A stretch of 64,000 nucleotides of DNA from Spirochaetia bacterium (GCA_965140585.1 OZ223272.1:384001-448000); one strand, 5' to 3'. Shown: positions 20,227 to 30,360, numbered from the stretch's first letter. Notes: generated by a model not told the origin, from the letters alone. Made by a program: numbers and translations.

Positions 20227-21399
20227 ATGAACCAGTTAACAGCATACTTTAAGAACAACCTCCGGCAGAACGGAATGGTTATGGCTCTTATTTTTATAAT
20301 GATTCTGTTCCAGATCCTGACCGGCGGCATTCTGTTCAGATCAATGAACGTAAATAACCTTGTGCTTCAGAATGCATATGTAATGATACTGGCCACAGGA
20401 ATGCTTCTATGCATTCTGACCGGCAATATTGACCTGTCCATAGGTTCGGTAGTTGCTTTTGTCGGCGCCGTTGCGGCAGTAATGATGGTTGACTGGGGAT
20501 TTCCTGTTCCACTGACAATTCTCGTAGCACTGATTATCGGTATCCTTGTCGGGGCCTTTCACGGCTACTTTATTGCCTACATGCATATTCCCGCATTTAT
20601 TGTTACCCTTGCCGGAATGCTTATCTGGCGCGGACTGACCATGGTAATTCTGAAGGGTCAGACAAAATCACCATTTGAAACAAGCTTCCAGGCCCTTGCA
20701 GCAGGGTATCTGCCGGGAGGCAACCTGCACTTCGGCGGATTCAACGCTATTGCAATAATACTCGGTATTGTTGTTTCAATTCTCTTTATCATAAATCTGA
20801 TAGGTTCAAGAAAGAACAAGATAAAATACGGCTTCGAAGTCGTCTCATTCTGGATAGAGCTGATAAAAATCGGTTTTATAATTCTTGCTATAAACCTGCT
20901 CACCTTCAGCCTGGCAGACTACAACGGTATTCCAATTGTCCTTATACTTCTGGTAGGACTAATACTGCTGTACACATTCATTACCCAGAGGACCATAATC
21001 GGAAGACATATATATGCCCTTGGAGGAAACGAGAAGGCCGCAAGGCTTTCCGGGGTAAAGACCCAGAGAGTTATGTTCCTTGTTTATACAAATATGGGTC
21101 TGCTTTCTGCTCTTGCAGGTATAATCGTAGCCGGAAGACTCAACGCAGCCGGACCAAAAGCCGGAACCAATTTCGAGCTTGACGCTATTGCCTCCTGCTT
21201 TATAGGCGGTGCATCCGCATCCGGCGGAGTGGGAACCATTATAGGGGCCATTATCGGAGGTCTTGTTATGGGAATTCTCAACAACGGAATGTCCATCATG
21301 GGCGTCAGCGTAGACTGGCAGCAGACCATCAAGGGGGTTGTACTGCTTCTGGCAGTTATCTTTGATGTTGCGACAAAGAAGAAGAGTCTGGCAAGCTGA
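20227..21399 (+). CDS. gguB: Multiple-monosaccharide ABC transporter permease (GguB/MmsB)
   Basis: GNIDLSIGS, IPAFIVTLAGML, GRHIYALGGNEKAARLSG and FELDAIASCFIGG. Confidence 0.92.
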   Translation: MNQLTAYFKNNLRQNGMVMALIFIMILFQILTGGILFRSMNVNNLVLQNAYVMILATGMLLCILTGNIDLSIGSVVAFVGAVAAVMMVDWGFPVPLTILVALIIGILVGAFHGYFIAYMHIPAFIVTLAGMLIWRGLTMVILKGQTKSPFETSFQALAAGYLPGGNLHFGGFNAIAIILGIVVSILFIINLIGSRKNKIKYGFEVVSFWIELIKIGFIILAINLLTFSLADYNGIPIVLILLVGLILLYTFITQRTIIGRHIYALGGNEKAARLSGVKTQRVMFLVYTNMGLLSALAGIIVAGRLNAAGPKAGTNFELDAIASCFIGGASASGGVGTIIGAIIGGLVMGILNNGMSIMGVSVDWQQTIKGVVLLLAVIFDVATKKKSLAS

Positions 21400-21420
21400 T
21401 CATTGAATTTTGTTTTACAT

Positions 21421-21456
21421 AAAGAGCTGAGGCAGTGTGCGCTCAGCTCTTTTTTT
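21421..21456 (+). terminator. Rho-independent terminator between convergent gguB and xylB
   Basis: AAAGAGCTGAG-N10-CTCAGCTCTTT followed by a T tract. Confidence 0.85.
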
Positions 21457-21464
21457 ATGCGATG

Positions 21465-22952
21465 TCAGCAGTGCATCAGCTCTTTATTGTTCTCATACAG
21501 CTTCCGGTATTTAAGAAACTGCTCTGCATAGAGTTCTGAATTTACGGGATTCGGAGAATATGTCTTATCAGAATACTTTACATGTCTTGAACAGGCTTCC
21601 TCTATCGATGAAAAGATCCCCGTTCCGCTTCCGGCAACAATACAGGCGCCCATACAAGACTGTTCCGGCGTTGTACATATCTCAATCTCAGTATTAAAGA
21701 TATCCGCCTGCATCTGCAGCCAGAGCGGACTTGCGGTTCCGCCTCCCGCAGCTATCAGTCTATCCGGTTTCACACCAATTTCCTTCAGGATTGCCAGGGA
21801 ATCATTAAGGCTGAAAACAACCCCCTCCATCACTGCGCGGCAGAGGGTATTCTGCTCATGTCCAAGCTTAAGGCCGAAAAACATGCCGCTTGCCGCCGGA
21901 TCCATATGAGGGGTTCGCTCCCCGGTAAGGTAGGGCAGAAATATGACGCCTCCGCTTCCCGGAGGCACTTCAGCGGCGGATCTAATCAGCTGTTCATAGG
22001 ATGCGGAGGTCCTTAGTATTCCGTTTTTAAGCCATTTCAGAGATATGCCTCCGCAGAGAATTGCCCCGAAGACCGAATATGCATCATCCACCGCATGGCA
22101 GAAGGTGTGGGTTCTAAGCTTAGGATCATAGATACCGCTTCTGCTGAGTGCGGCAACCTGGCCGGAAGTTCCGATATTAGAAGTGACTATACCTTCCTTC
22201 ACTGCACCGTTGCCTATACTCTGCGCCTGCTGATCTCCCGAGCCGTGGACAACAGGGATTCCCTCACGCAGTCCGGATTCTGCAGAAGCGACTTTAGTTA
22301 CCGTTCCTGCTGTCATGGAAGAAGCGGAGAGCGTCGGAAACATCGAACTGTCGATATCAAGCCTGTCCAGCAGATCAAAGGCCCAGTTTTTATCCGGCAT
22401 GGAAAATGCCGCCGAAGCAGAGGCATCGGAATATTCACAGCCGGCAATACTGGTCAGCCTGAACCGGATATAATCTTTGGGAAGCATAATTTTATCAATT
22501 TTTGAGTAGATTTCAGACCTGTTTCTTTTCATCCACAGTAAGGTCGGCAAGGCAAATCCGACAGGCACTGGATTACGGAATAGTTCAGCGGTTTTTTCAG
22601 GAGGATAGACCGATTCTATTTCCGCGGCTTCAGCAGCAGCACGCTGATCCAGCCATATAACCGCCGGATACAGAGGCCTTCCGTCCCGGCCGAGCATCAC
22701 TAAACCGTGCATCTGCGAGGCAAAGCCGATTGCAGACACTGCATCAAAGTCTTTTCTGAAACCGGCCTTAAGCTCGGCCAGACATTCCAGTATACGCCGC
22801 CACCACAGCTCGAGAGATTGCTCCGCCCAGCCGATTTGCGGAATAGCAACATCATAGCCCCGTGAGGCTGATGAAATGATCCCCCGGTCTGAGTCAAGCA
22901 GCATTGTTTTAACATTCGAGGTCCCTAGATCAATACCTAGTATCACAGCCAT
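21465..22952 (-). CDS. xylB: Xylulokinase-like FGGY carbohydrate kinase
   Basis: GIDLGTS, SQMHG, WLDQR, LPKDYIRFRLT, GSGDQ, PYLTGERTP, RAVMEGV and GGG; start reassigned to MAVILG. Confidence 0.8.
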   Translation of the reverse strand: MAVILGIDLGTSNVKTMLLDSDRGIISSASRGYDVAIPQIGWAEQSLELWWRRILECLAELKAGFRKDFDAVSAIGFASQMHGLVMLGRDGRPLYPAVIWLDQRAAAEAAEIESVYPPEKTAELFRNPVPVGFALPTLLWMKRNRSEIYSKIDKIMLPKDYIRFRLTSIAGCEYSDASASAAFSMPDKNWAFDLLDRLDIDSSMFPTLSASSMTAGTVTKVASAESGLREGIPVVHGSGDQQAQSIGNGAVKEGIVTSNIGTSGQVAALSRSGIYDPKLRTHTFCHAVDDAYSVFGAILCGGISLKWLKNGILRTSASYEQLIRSAAEVPPGSGGVIFLPYLTGERTPHMDPAASGMFFGLKLGHEQNTLCRAVMEGVVFSLNDSLAILKEIGVKPDRLIAAGGGTASPLWLQMQADIFNTEIEICTTPEQSCMGACIVAGSGTGIFSSIEEACSRHVKYSDKTYSPNPVNSELYAEQFLKYRKLYENNKELMHC

Positions 22953-23021
22953 AAGCAGTTCCTTATAGCAGAATATTAGCACTGCCGGATAGGGCGGTCA
23001 AATTTTTAATCAGATCCGGCT

Positions 23022-23618
23022 TCAGTCTATAATCTTAATCCCGAAGTCATTCAGAAGATTCAGAACCTCCGGCGCATCAAAGACAGCCTTTTTAATATTG
23101 TTGTTCAGAGGGCTTATCGCATATCCTGAAGCCTTAACAAAACTGCAGCGTTCAAGATTGGTATTATGGAACAGAGTTTCCCTGAAAGTCGACCCCGAAA
23201 AATCAGAACCGGTAAGCATAGTATCCTGAAAATAGCATTCACTTATCTCACATCCAATGAACTGGGTATCCCTGATTTTCATACCCGTAAAATTGCAGCT
23301 TACAAGCCGGCAGCCGGAAAAACTGACTTCAAATGCAAAGGGGTTTGAATTAAAAAAAGGCATCCCCATTAGCTTCGAATCAATGAATTTAACATCACAG
23401 AACTTGGCATCACTGATATTTACATTGGAAAGGTTGCATCCTGTAAAGCTGCATCTTTCAAACTCGCAGCCTCCGAAATCGGCGTTCGAAAAATCAATAT
23501 TCAGAAACTCACGGTTGTAATATGTCTCGCCGGGTACAACTGCCGGACTTTCTTCCGGAAGCTCGCCGGGGACGCCTTCCTCACTGTCCTCAGGCTCACT
23601 GAAAAGTTCGTTCTGCAT
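23022..23618 (-). CDS. Pentapeptide repeat protein
   Basis: Repeated xxFxx/xxLxx pentapeptides (CEFER CSFTG CNLSN ... SDFSG STFRE TLFHN TNLER CSFVK). Confidence 0.88.
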   Translation of the reverse strand: MQNELFSEPEDSEEGVPGELPEESPAVVPGETYYNREFLNIDFSNADFGGCEFERCSFTGCNLSNVNISDAKFCDVKFIDSKLMGMPFFNSNPFAFEVSFSGCRLVSCNFTGMKIRDTQFIGCEISECYFQDTMLTGSDFSGSTFRETLFHNTNLERCSFVKASGYAISPLNNNIKKAVFDAPEVLNLLNDFGIKIID

Positions 23619-23620
23619 CT

Positions 23621-24517
23621 CTACTCCTGTAAATCAACCGTTCCGGATGTGACCATAACGCAGTTTCCGCCTATATGCGCGGAGACAACCTTTCCCTCTT
23701 TTTTCAAAGCCCTGGCCTTTAGCAGACTGGGGCGGCCCATCTCAATCCCCTGCCCTATTCGAAAATCAATTCTGCAGCTGTCATTTGGTTCAAGGCTTGC
23801 AAGGTATGCGGCAAGTGCACAGTTGGCGCTTCCCGTTGCCGGGTCTTCAAATATACCATCAAGCGGGGCGAACATCCTGGTACGAAGATCGTATTCATCG
23901 TTGGAACGCACATAGAGATGGATATTCATATGTTCATCCACTGTCTTTAGCTCCTTCATGGCAGACAGATCCGGCTCGGCACGTCGGAGGGCATCAACTG
24001 AAACAAGCTCGGTCATCAGAAAAGGAAAACCAACCGAAGCCTGCTCAGGCATATGAACAGAGGTTTTTATATCGCCAGGCGACAGACCGACGGACTGAGC
24101 AACCTGTTCCGGAGCAAGCGTGATACCGGTGCTGAAAGCTTCAGGGGCTTCCAGTTCACATATATAACTTTCACCGCTTTTCCTGAATGAAACCGGGACC
24201 ATCCCGGCCGGCTCTTCAAAAAGAAGAGGCTTTGATTCATCAGCTTCCGCATAGCCTTCAGATAGCAGAACAAAGGCAGTTCCGACATTCGGATGGCCGG
24301 CAAAAGGGACCTCCCTCTCGGGAGTGAAGATTCTAACCCTCCTGCTACCGCCTTTTTCCGGAGGCAGGACAAAGGTGCATTCTGAAAAGTTGAACTCCCG
24401 CGTCAGCTGCTGCATCTGTGCGGAACTCAGGCCTCGAGCCTCGGGAAACACTGCAAGCTGGTTGCCTCCGAACATCCTGTCTGTAAATACATCACATGTA
24501 TGAAATCTGTATTTCAT
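23621..24517 (-). CDS. PhzF family isomerase/epimerase
   Basis: [41 protein letters not shown] and QGIEMGRPS. Confidence 0.92.
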   Translation of the reverse strand: MKYRFHTCDVFTDRMFGGNQLAVFPEARGLSSAQMQQLTREFNFSECTFVLPPEKGGSRRVRIFTPEREVPFAGHPNVGTAFVLLSEGYAEADESKPLLFEEPAGMVPVSFRKSGESYICELEAPEAFSTGITLAPEQVAQSVGLSPGDIKTSVHMPEQASVGFPFLMTELVSVDALRRAEPDLSAMKELKTVDEHMNIHLYVRSNDEYDLRTRMFAPLDGIFEDPATGSANCALAAYLASLEPNDSCRIDFRIGQGIEMGRPSLLKARALKKEGKVVSAHIGGNCVMVTSGTVDLQE

Positions 24518-24951
24518 TTTTTAATCCTCACAGCACCGGCCAGTTCGTAAACCGGCCACTGTTCCAGCCGGTAAATATAAAGAATACCGATTACAGCCTG
24601 GACAGCTCCGATAACAAAAAATATAACATGCAGCGAAACAATTCCCTGCAGAATTATACACTGAATAATGATCCAGAGAGCAAGTACTGCACCTATAGCG
24701 GCAGTGCCGTACCCTTTGAATTCAGGAAGCAGTCTGGTAAGAAAAATCACCAGCAGGTTTCCCAGCCCCAGGACTATAAACAGAAAAAGTCCGGGTACCA
24801 GAAAAGTTTCAAAGGGGCCAAGCTTAAGAGTCCCGGACGGCATCCCCATAGGATTAAACGGATCAGCAAGAGCTCCGAACCCGCCGCCGCATGCACCAAG
24901 ACCGACAAGAAGATGCAGAAAAATTCTCAGACCTTCAATTACTTTCATCAA
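24514..24951 (-). CDS. Four-TM hypothetical membrane protein
   Basis: Hydrophobic segments; GPFETFLVPGLFLF and WIIIQ; translational coupling on both sides. Confidence 0.75.
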   Translation of the reverse strand: MMKVIEGLRIFLHLLVGLGACGGGFGALADPFNPMGMPSGTLKLGPFETFLVPGLFLFIVLGLGNLLVIFLTRLLPEFKGYGTAAIGAVLALWIIIQCIILQGIVSLHVIFFVIGAVQAVIGILYIYRLEQWPVYELAGAVRIKK

Positions 24952-26294
24952 TCGCCTCCCAGGCGGCCTTCCGCCCTTAAATAATATGCAAGAGCAATCA
25001 TCATAGTACCATTGCCGTACTCTGAGCTTCCCATGCGGTTTATCACAGTTTCAGCCGGGACAAGATCAAAGTCAACAAATTCTGTTTCATCAAGTTCCTG
25101 CCCGCCTCTATGTACAAGCTCCTCCGCGAGGAATACAGTGAATTTATTCATAAAAAAGGCAGGATTAGGGTTAACGCTTCCCAGCCAGGTAAGTTTATCC
25201 GAACTGTAGCCGGTCTCCTCAAGAAGCTCTCTTGCCGCAGATGATTCAGGCTCCTCTCCCGGCTCAACGGTTCCTGCCGGGAACTCCGTGGTTATCTCTT
25301 TGGAGCCGTGCCGGTACTGTCTTACCATAAGAAAGTATTTACCGTCTGCCTTCTCAATAACCGGGATCACGGTTACCCAGCCGGGGGCTTCCAGCAGATA
25401 GGCCCTTGAGACATTCTTATCACTTGAGGTTCTCATGGAGGTATGTATCTTAAAAATCTTGCAGTCTACCATCTCCTCCCTGGAATTCTCAGTCCAGGTA
25501 AGATGTTTTTCATTTTCTATGGACTCAAATACTCCCAGACAGTCTTCACGCACCCGGAACCCGCGCTGTGTATCGGGAAGTTTTGCTGCAATATCATCAA
25601 GATATCCGCTTCTATGAATTATCCGCAGTGATTCCCGGTGGTTAAGATCCTTAATCCAGCTGAGCTGAACAAAAACAAAATCCTGGACACTCTGCAGGTT
25701 TTTAAAGGAGATTCTGCCGGTCTCTGTGTATTCATTGAAGACGGCATCGCATATATCATCAGCCTCGGGAAGAAAAAATGTGACCGACTGATCCTTATCA
25801 GGGTTGTTGTCGCCATAGTACTCACTCAGTACACGGTAGATATCAATCTTGTCGGCATCTCTTGTAAGCTCGGTGAAAAACAGCTGTTCGGGAGTAAGTC
25901 CGCCGGGAACAATCTTTGCATTATGATGGGCAACAGCGGTGTATATAACATCACGATCCTTTTCTTCAAGCCGTTCCAGAACTCCTTCCTGTTTCAGAAC
26001 CTTAACTCCCAGAGCACCGTGGTCCTCGGATTTTATATCCATGTATGTGCCGTATTTCTTAAACTGCTCAAATCGGCCGCAGTCATGAAGAAGCGAACAA
26101 AGGATGGCAAGCTGTCTCTGCCGTCCTTCAAGCTTCAGGGCATCAGCAAGCTTCTCAGCGGCATCAACAACCTTGTATGTGTGATTAATTTTGAGTCTGA
26201 TATTATGAACAAGGCTTTTATCGCCTGAGCAGAAGCTTTCAGAATATGTTTTAAACCAGTCCTCAATCTGCCGGATAAGAGTATTCTCTATCAT
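24948..26294 (-). CDS. HD-domain phosphohydrolase fused to a NUDIX hydrolase
   Basis: HD motifs HTYKV, LLHDCGRFEQ, DHG, HHN and DADKIDI; Nudix box GTVEPGEEPESSAARELLEETGY. Confidence 0.85.
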   Translation of the reverse strand: MIENTLIRQIEDWFKTYSESFCSGDKSLVHNIRLKINHTYKVVDAAEKLADALKLEGRQRQLAILCSLLHDCGRFEQFKKYGTYMDIKSEDHGALGVKVLKQEGVLERLEEKDRDVIYTAVAHHNAKIVPGGLTPEQLFFTELTRDADKIDIYRVLSEYYGDNNPDKDQSVTFFLPEADDICDAVFNEYTETGRISFKNLQSVQDFVFVQLSWIKDLNHRESLRIIHRSGYLDDIAAKLPDTQRGFRVREDCLGVFESIENEKHLTWTENSREEMVDCKIFKIHTSMRTSSDKNVSRAYLLEAPGWVTVIPVIEKADGKYFLMVRQYRHGSKEITTEFPAGTVEPGEEPESSAARELLEETGYSSDKLTWLGSVNPNPAFFMNKFTVFLAEELVHRGGQELDETEFVDFDLVPAETVINRMGSSEYGNGTMMIALAYYLRAEGRLGGD

Positions 26295-27393
26295 CTGTAC
26301 CCCTGAAATAGTAGTAGTTATCGTCCTTCCTTATAATCTCACATCCGTCGGGAAGTGTCACCTTCCCTCCGCCTCCGGGAAGATCAACAGCAAACTTAGG
26401 CATTGCCATTCCGGAAATCATCGTCCGCAGTTCAGATACTATCTTCAATGACTTTTTCAGAGGCACACGCAGATGAGAAGTCCCACCGGCAAGATCCCCC
26501 TGAAAAAGGTAATAGGGCTTCACTCCGGCTGCGAGAAGCGCTCTAAAAAGGCGGGCAAGCTGCTCCGGAGAATCATTTACACCGCGTAACAGCACAGTCT
26601 GGTTAAGAACCGGGACTCCGGCTTTAATCAATTCTTTAACAGCGGCGGCGGCTTCAGCTGTTACCTCGACAGCGGTATTGAAATGGGTAACCATCCAGAT
26701 TCCGCTGAAACCGCTTAGCATAGAAGTAAACTCCGGGGTGATTCGTGAAGGAAGCACCACAGGCATCCTGGAGCAGAGCCTGATGATCATGCCGGGACGG
26801 ACAGCCTTAATACTGTTTATTATCTCAAATAGCTTTTCATCTGAGAGTGTCAGCGGATCACCGCCTGAAAGCAGAATCTCGCCAATTTCAGAATGAGCGG
26901 CAATATATTCGCAGATGGTCTTAAGTTCCGTCGGCTTCAGAGCTCCGGATAACTGACCGGAAAACTCACGGCGAAAGCAGTGCCGGCAGAAGACTCCGCA
27001 GCTGTCGGCAGTCAGGATAAGCGCCCGGTCGGAATAGCGGTGTATGAATCTGCTGCAGGGAGAATATTTTTCTTCACCAAGGGGATCTTTCAGTTCATCC
27101 GGCGTGCTGCTGTATTCCGGCACGGACGGGATCGCCTGCCTGAGAACCGCCAGCCTGTCAGATTCCTGAAGTCCCTCTCTGAACGCGAGGCCAAGATAAT
27201 AGCGGGTGACCGCAAATGGAAGACAAGAACGCCCTCCTTCCGGTTTTACAGCAAGCCAGCGCTCAAGTTCTGATACAGGTGAGAAGGCATCTATTGAGAC
27301 GAATTCGTATTCTCTCAGTGCATCAATCAGTCCGGAAATATCGTTAATCCGGTTCTGCAGAGCTTTTTTCCAGTCGGAATATTCTTTAAGCAT
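26263..27393 (-). CDS. KamA/EpmB-family radical SAM aminomutase
   Basis: DPLGE, HRYSDR, CGVFCRHCFRR, LSGGDPL, THFN, NQTVLLRGVND, PYYLFQ and DLPGGGGK. Confidence 0.9.
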   Translation of the reverse strand: MLKEYSDWKKALQNRINDISGLIDALREYEFVSIDAFSPVSELERWLAVKPEGGRSCLPFAVTRYYLGLAFREGLQESDRLAVLRQAIPSVPEYSSTPDELKDPLGEEKYSPCSRFIHRYSDRALILTADSCGVFCRHCFRREFSGQLSGALKPTELKTICEYIAAHSEIGEILLSGGDPLTLSDEKLFEIINSIKAVRPGMIIRLCSRMPVVLPSRITPEFTSMLSGFSGIWMVTHFNTAVEVTAEAAAAVKELIKAGVPVLNQTVLLRGVNDSPEQLARLFRALLAAGVKPYYLFQGDLAGGTSHLRVPLKKSLKIVSELRTMISGMAMPKFAVDLPGGGGKVTLPDGCEIIRKDDNYYYFRGTDDREYSYPAD

Positions 27394-27456
27394 ATAAGGC
27401 AGATAATATCATAAAGGTGAATATTAACTCTATCCTAACCGCTTTAAAATCATTTC

Positions 27457-27486
27457 TTGACAAACCTTATCCATGGTTTTAAGGTT
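27457..27486 (+). promoter_or_regulatory. Putative sigma70 promoter and inverted repeat upstream of the MFS gene
   Basis: TTGACA (27457-62), 17 bp, TAAGGT (27480-85); AACCTTA-N10-TAAGGTT overlaps the spacer and -10. Confidence 0.5.
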
Positions 27487-27512
27487 AATCATCATTTTAA
27501 AAGAAGGTAATT

Positions 27513-28853
27513 ATGGACAGTAAAAAAGAAGGAATGAAAGCCTATTACGGCATCACCTTTCTAATCGGCCTGGGATTTTTCACTATGGGCCTTATGGATC
27601 CCCTTTATGATACCTATGTTCCCATGTTCCTGCGGAACTACCTCTCATCCGACGGGCTTGTCGGCGGAATTATGGGAATTGATAACTTCTTCGCAATCCT
27701 GCTGATTCCCGTTTTCTCGGCTCTGTCCGACAGGACCAGGACACCGATAGGACGGAGGATGCCTTTCATCATTGTAACCCTGCCTGCAACTGCAATTCTG
27801 TTTTCACTGATGCCGACTGCGGCTCTTAAATCGATGATGTTTCTTATCATCTGTATATTCTTCCTGAACCTGTTCAAACAGGCGGCAAGAGGTCCTGTTG
27901 TAGCTCTTATGCCGGATATAATCCCGGGAGAATATCGGTCGGAGGCAAACGGCGTTATCAACACCATGGGCGGAATAGCAGCCATCGTGGGAACGGTCGC
28001 CCTTGCAAAGCTGTACGATGTAAAAGTACGAATACCGCTCTTCGGCGACAGCGTTGTCCCCTTTGAGACAACCGTAGCCGGCAGGGAGTCAACCTACATC
28101 GGAAAACTCCCCTTTGTGCTTGCAGGAGTTCTGGTAATTGTTGCGGTTCTTCTGCTTTTCTTCTTCGTAAAGGAAAAGAAAAACCCCGAGGGCTCGGAAG
28201 AGGAAAGTGCACCGGTATTTAAATCTCTTAAACTGATTCTTGCAGCGGAAGATAAGAGCGCGCTGTTCATACTCATATCACTGCTTCTGTGGTTCATTGG
28301 CTATCAGGGTGTGCTTCCCTGGGTCGGCATCTATTCAAAGGAATACCTCGGGCTTTCACCTGGAACAGCAGCACTTTCATCAGGAATGGTTGGAATAGCC
28401 TACGCCCTTTTCGCAATACCGTCAGGTGTTATAGCTCATAAAGTCGGCAGAAAAAAAGCTATCAGATTCTCACTTGTAGTAATTGCAGTTGTACTGCTTC
28501 TCTGCTTTCTACACCATCCGATTACAACAGCGCTGGGATTTTCACAGACAGCAAGCTATCTCAGTTTCTGGGTACTTCTCTTCCTTTTCGGAATGTTCTG
28601 GGTTTCAATTGTAACAAACTCATTCCCGATGCTCTGGCAGATGGCCACATACAAGGATATGGGGATTTACACAGGACTTTATTATTTCTTCTCACAGGCC
28701 GCAGGTATTGTAGCCCCTGTATTGACCGGAGGGCTCAGAGACCTCTTCGGAGACAGGATTATTTTTATCAATGCAGCTGTATTCATGGCCATTGCCTTCC
28801 TGGTTATGGGCAAGGTAAATAAGGGAGAACCCGAAACACTGAAAGATAAATGA
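27513..28853 (+). CDS. MFS transporter (GPH/maltose-sucrose-like)
   Basis: About 12 hydrophobic segments; SDRTRTPIGRRMPF, ALMPDI and SEANGVIN. Confidence 0.88.
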   Translation: MDSKKEGMKAYYGITFLIGLGFFTMGLMDPLYDTYVPMFLRNYLSSDGLVGGIMGIDNFFAILLIPVFSALSDRTRTPIGRRMPFIIVTLPATAILFSLMPTAALKSMMFLIICIFFLNLFKQAARGPVVALMPDIIPGEYRSEANGVINTMGGIAAIVGTVALAKLYDVKVRIPLFGDSVVPFETTVAGRESTYIGKLPFVLAGVLVIVAVLLLFFFVKEKKNPEGSEEESAPVFKSLKLILAAEDKSALFILISLLLWFIGYQGVLPWVGIYSKEYLGLSPGTAALSSGMVGIAYALFAIPSGVIAHKVGRKKAIRFSLVVIAVVLLLCFLHHPITTALGFSQTASYLSFWVLLFLFGMFWVSIVTNSFPMLWQMATYKDMGIYTGLYYFFSQAAGIVAPVLTGGLRDLFGDRIIFINAAVFMAIAFLVMGKVNKGEPETLKDK

Positions 28854-29239
28854 GTCTATTAAGCAGACTTAAACAAAAGGCTTCTGACATTAAAAAAAAG
28901 ACTGCAGTGCTCTATATTGCACTGCAGTCTCCTGATACAGGGCTTCCTGCAAAAATAATGGCAGTAATCACAATAGCCTATGCAATGAGCCCTGTAGATC
29001 TGATTCCGGACTTCATACCGGTACTCGGCCTGCTTGATGATCTAATCCTGCTGCCTTTATTCATAATGCTTACAATAAAGCTGATTCCGGAGCATGTACT
29101 GGCTGAAGCTGAAAAGCAGGCTGATGAAAATCCGCCTGATCTTAAAAAAAACAAGACAGCCGCAACAGTAATAATACTGCTTTGGACTGCCCTGTTTGCA
29201 ATGCTTATATTTAGAATAATTTCACTGACTGCAGATTAA
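28850..29239 (+). CDS. YkvA/DUF1232 membrane protein
   Basis: AYAMSPVDLIPDFIPVLGLLDD signature. Confidence 0.9.
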   Translation: MSLLSRLKQKASDIKKKTAVLYIALQSPDTGLPAKIMAVITIAYAMSPVDLIPDFIPVLGLLDDLILLPLFIMLTIKLIPEHVLAEAEKQADENPPDLKKNKTAATVIILLWTALFAMLIFRIISLTAD

Positions 29240-30180
29240 ATGCTTATTTCACCTTCGGTGTAGGTATTATTCAAATACCAGTTGGAAACCTTACTCATTG
29301 CCCAGGGTGAATAAATACCTATAGTGATGATACATAAAAGCCCCTGGCCCCAGAGCAGCAGAAAACCCTTTCCGGCTGTGCCTTCAAAGCCTCCGTTACC
29401 GACAAGCTCGCCCTCGCTGTTGTAGATATTCGAACCTGCCACTATATAACGGTAAATTTTAACAATTGCTGCAGGGTAGTAAATACCTGCTGTTATGATG
29501 GTTAAAAGTATCTGAGATACAAGGAAGCCGGCAAAGGAGCCCATTGACTTTTCAAATCGTACATTAAGACCGCTGTAGCGGATATTCACAATCCATGCGG
29601 CATAATAGTAGATAAAAGGAATCATTACCAGGAAGATGAATATTATAAACATAAAGGTTGAAACAGCTACAGTACCGCTGTAGAAATACGGGTCGTATGA
29701 GCGGGCCATGAAAAATACATAAATACCGGTCAGGACAAGAACCGGAAGCAGGAAAGCCAGGAGAAAATATTTTAAAAGTTTTCCCGGTCGACTAAGCAGT
29801 TCTCCGTCTTTTCCATTCAGATGTATGTTTGACAGGTAATAATTCATATAGCCCTTAAGATACCAGGGCGAATAGATTCCGAGAGTTATCATTGTGAGAA
29901 GCAGCCACTTTATCAGTTTGGGAGCAAACTCTCTGATGCTTCCGGAAAACTCAAACTCAGAGCCCAGAAATCTGACATGACTAACCGCATATGCCACAAA
30001 GGCAAAGCCTAAGAGTGCTGAAAGAAAGGAATAAATTATCTCCATAATAACCGACAGGGCAGGTACCGATTCATTCATTGCCGTCGAACCGACAGCCAGT
30101 ATCAGAATCGGAATATAAAACAGGATGAAGGTTTTAAAAAACCCCTTTCCCCTGATTTCCGCCTCGAAATTATTTTTCAT
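29236..30180 (-). CDS. DUF898/YjgN-like membrane protein
   Basis: Three repeats of LT/CIIT.GIY.P(W); start reassigned to MKNNFEAE with AAGGAG. Confidence 0.8.
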   Translation of the reverse strand: MKNNFEAEIRGKGFFKTFILFYIPILILAVGSTAMNESVPALSVIMEIIYSFLSALLGFAFVAYAVSHVRFLGSEFEFSGSIREFAPKLIKWLLLTMITLGIYSPWYLKGYMNYYLSNIHLNGKDGELLSRPGKLLKYFLLAFLLPVLVLTGIYVFFMARSYDPYFYSGTVAVSTFMFIIFIFLVMIPFIYYYAAWIVNIRYSGLNVRFEKSMGSFAGFLVSQILLTIITAGIYYPAAIVKIYRYIVAGSNIYNSEGELVGNGGFEGTAGKGFLLLWGQGLLCIITIGIYSPWAMSKVSNWYLNNTYTEGEISI

Positions 30181-30275
30181 AGTTAATCTCCTTATTGTTT
30201 CTATGATAGACAATATACAGCAATAAGTACAATCTTCAGGTACTTTTATTCAGGATTTCAGCTGACTACAAAAAC

Positions 30276-30307
30276 AAAAAAAATCGGCCCGCTTGCGCGG
30301 AACCGAT
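30276..30307 (-). terminator. Rho-independent terminator after the SPOR gene
   Basis: Minus strand ATCGGTTCCGC-GCAA-GCGGGCCGAT followed by a T tract. Confidence 0.8.
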
Positions 30308-30360
30308 AGAACCCAAATTTATGAGCCTCTGCGGCGGGTTACCGGCAGTGCCCTTTTTCC

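Noticed and set aside
14390-22952. Genomic island integrated at tRNA-Cys
   Set aside because: No integrase, and I noticed no duplicate of the tRNA 3' end in the window.
30283-30360. c-di-GMP-I riboswitch (GCGGCGGGTTACC resembles its 3' end)
   Set aside because: It lacks the GGCAAAC..GAAA..GACGCAAAG core, and that strand has no downstream gene.
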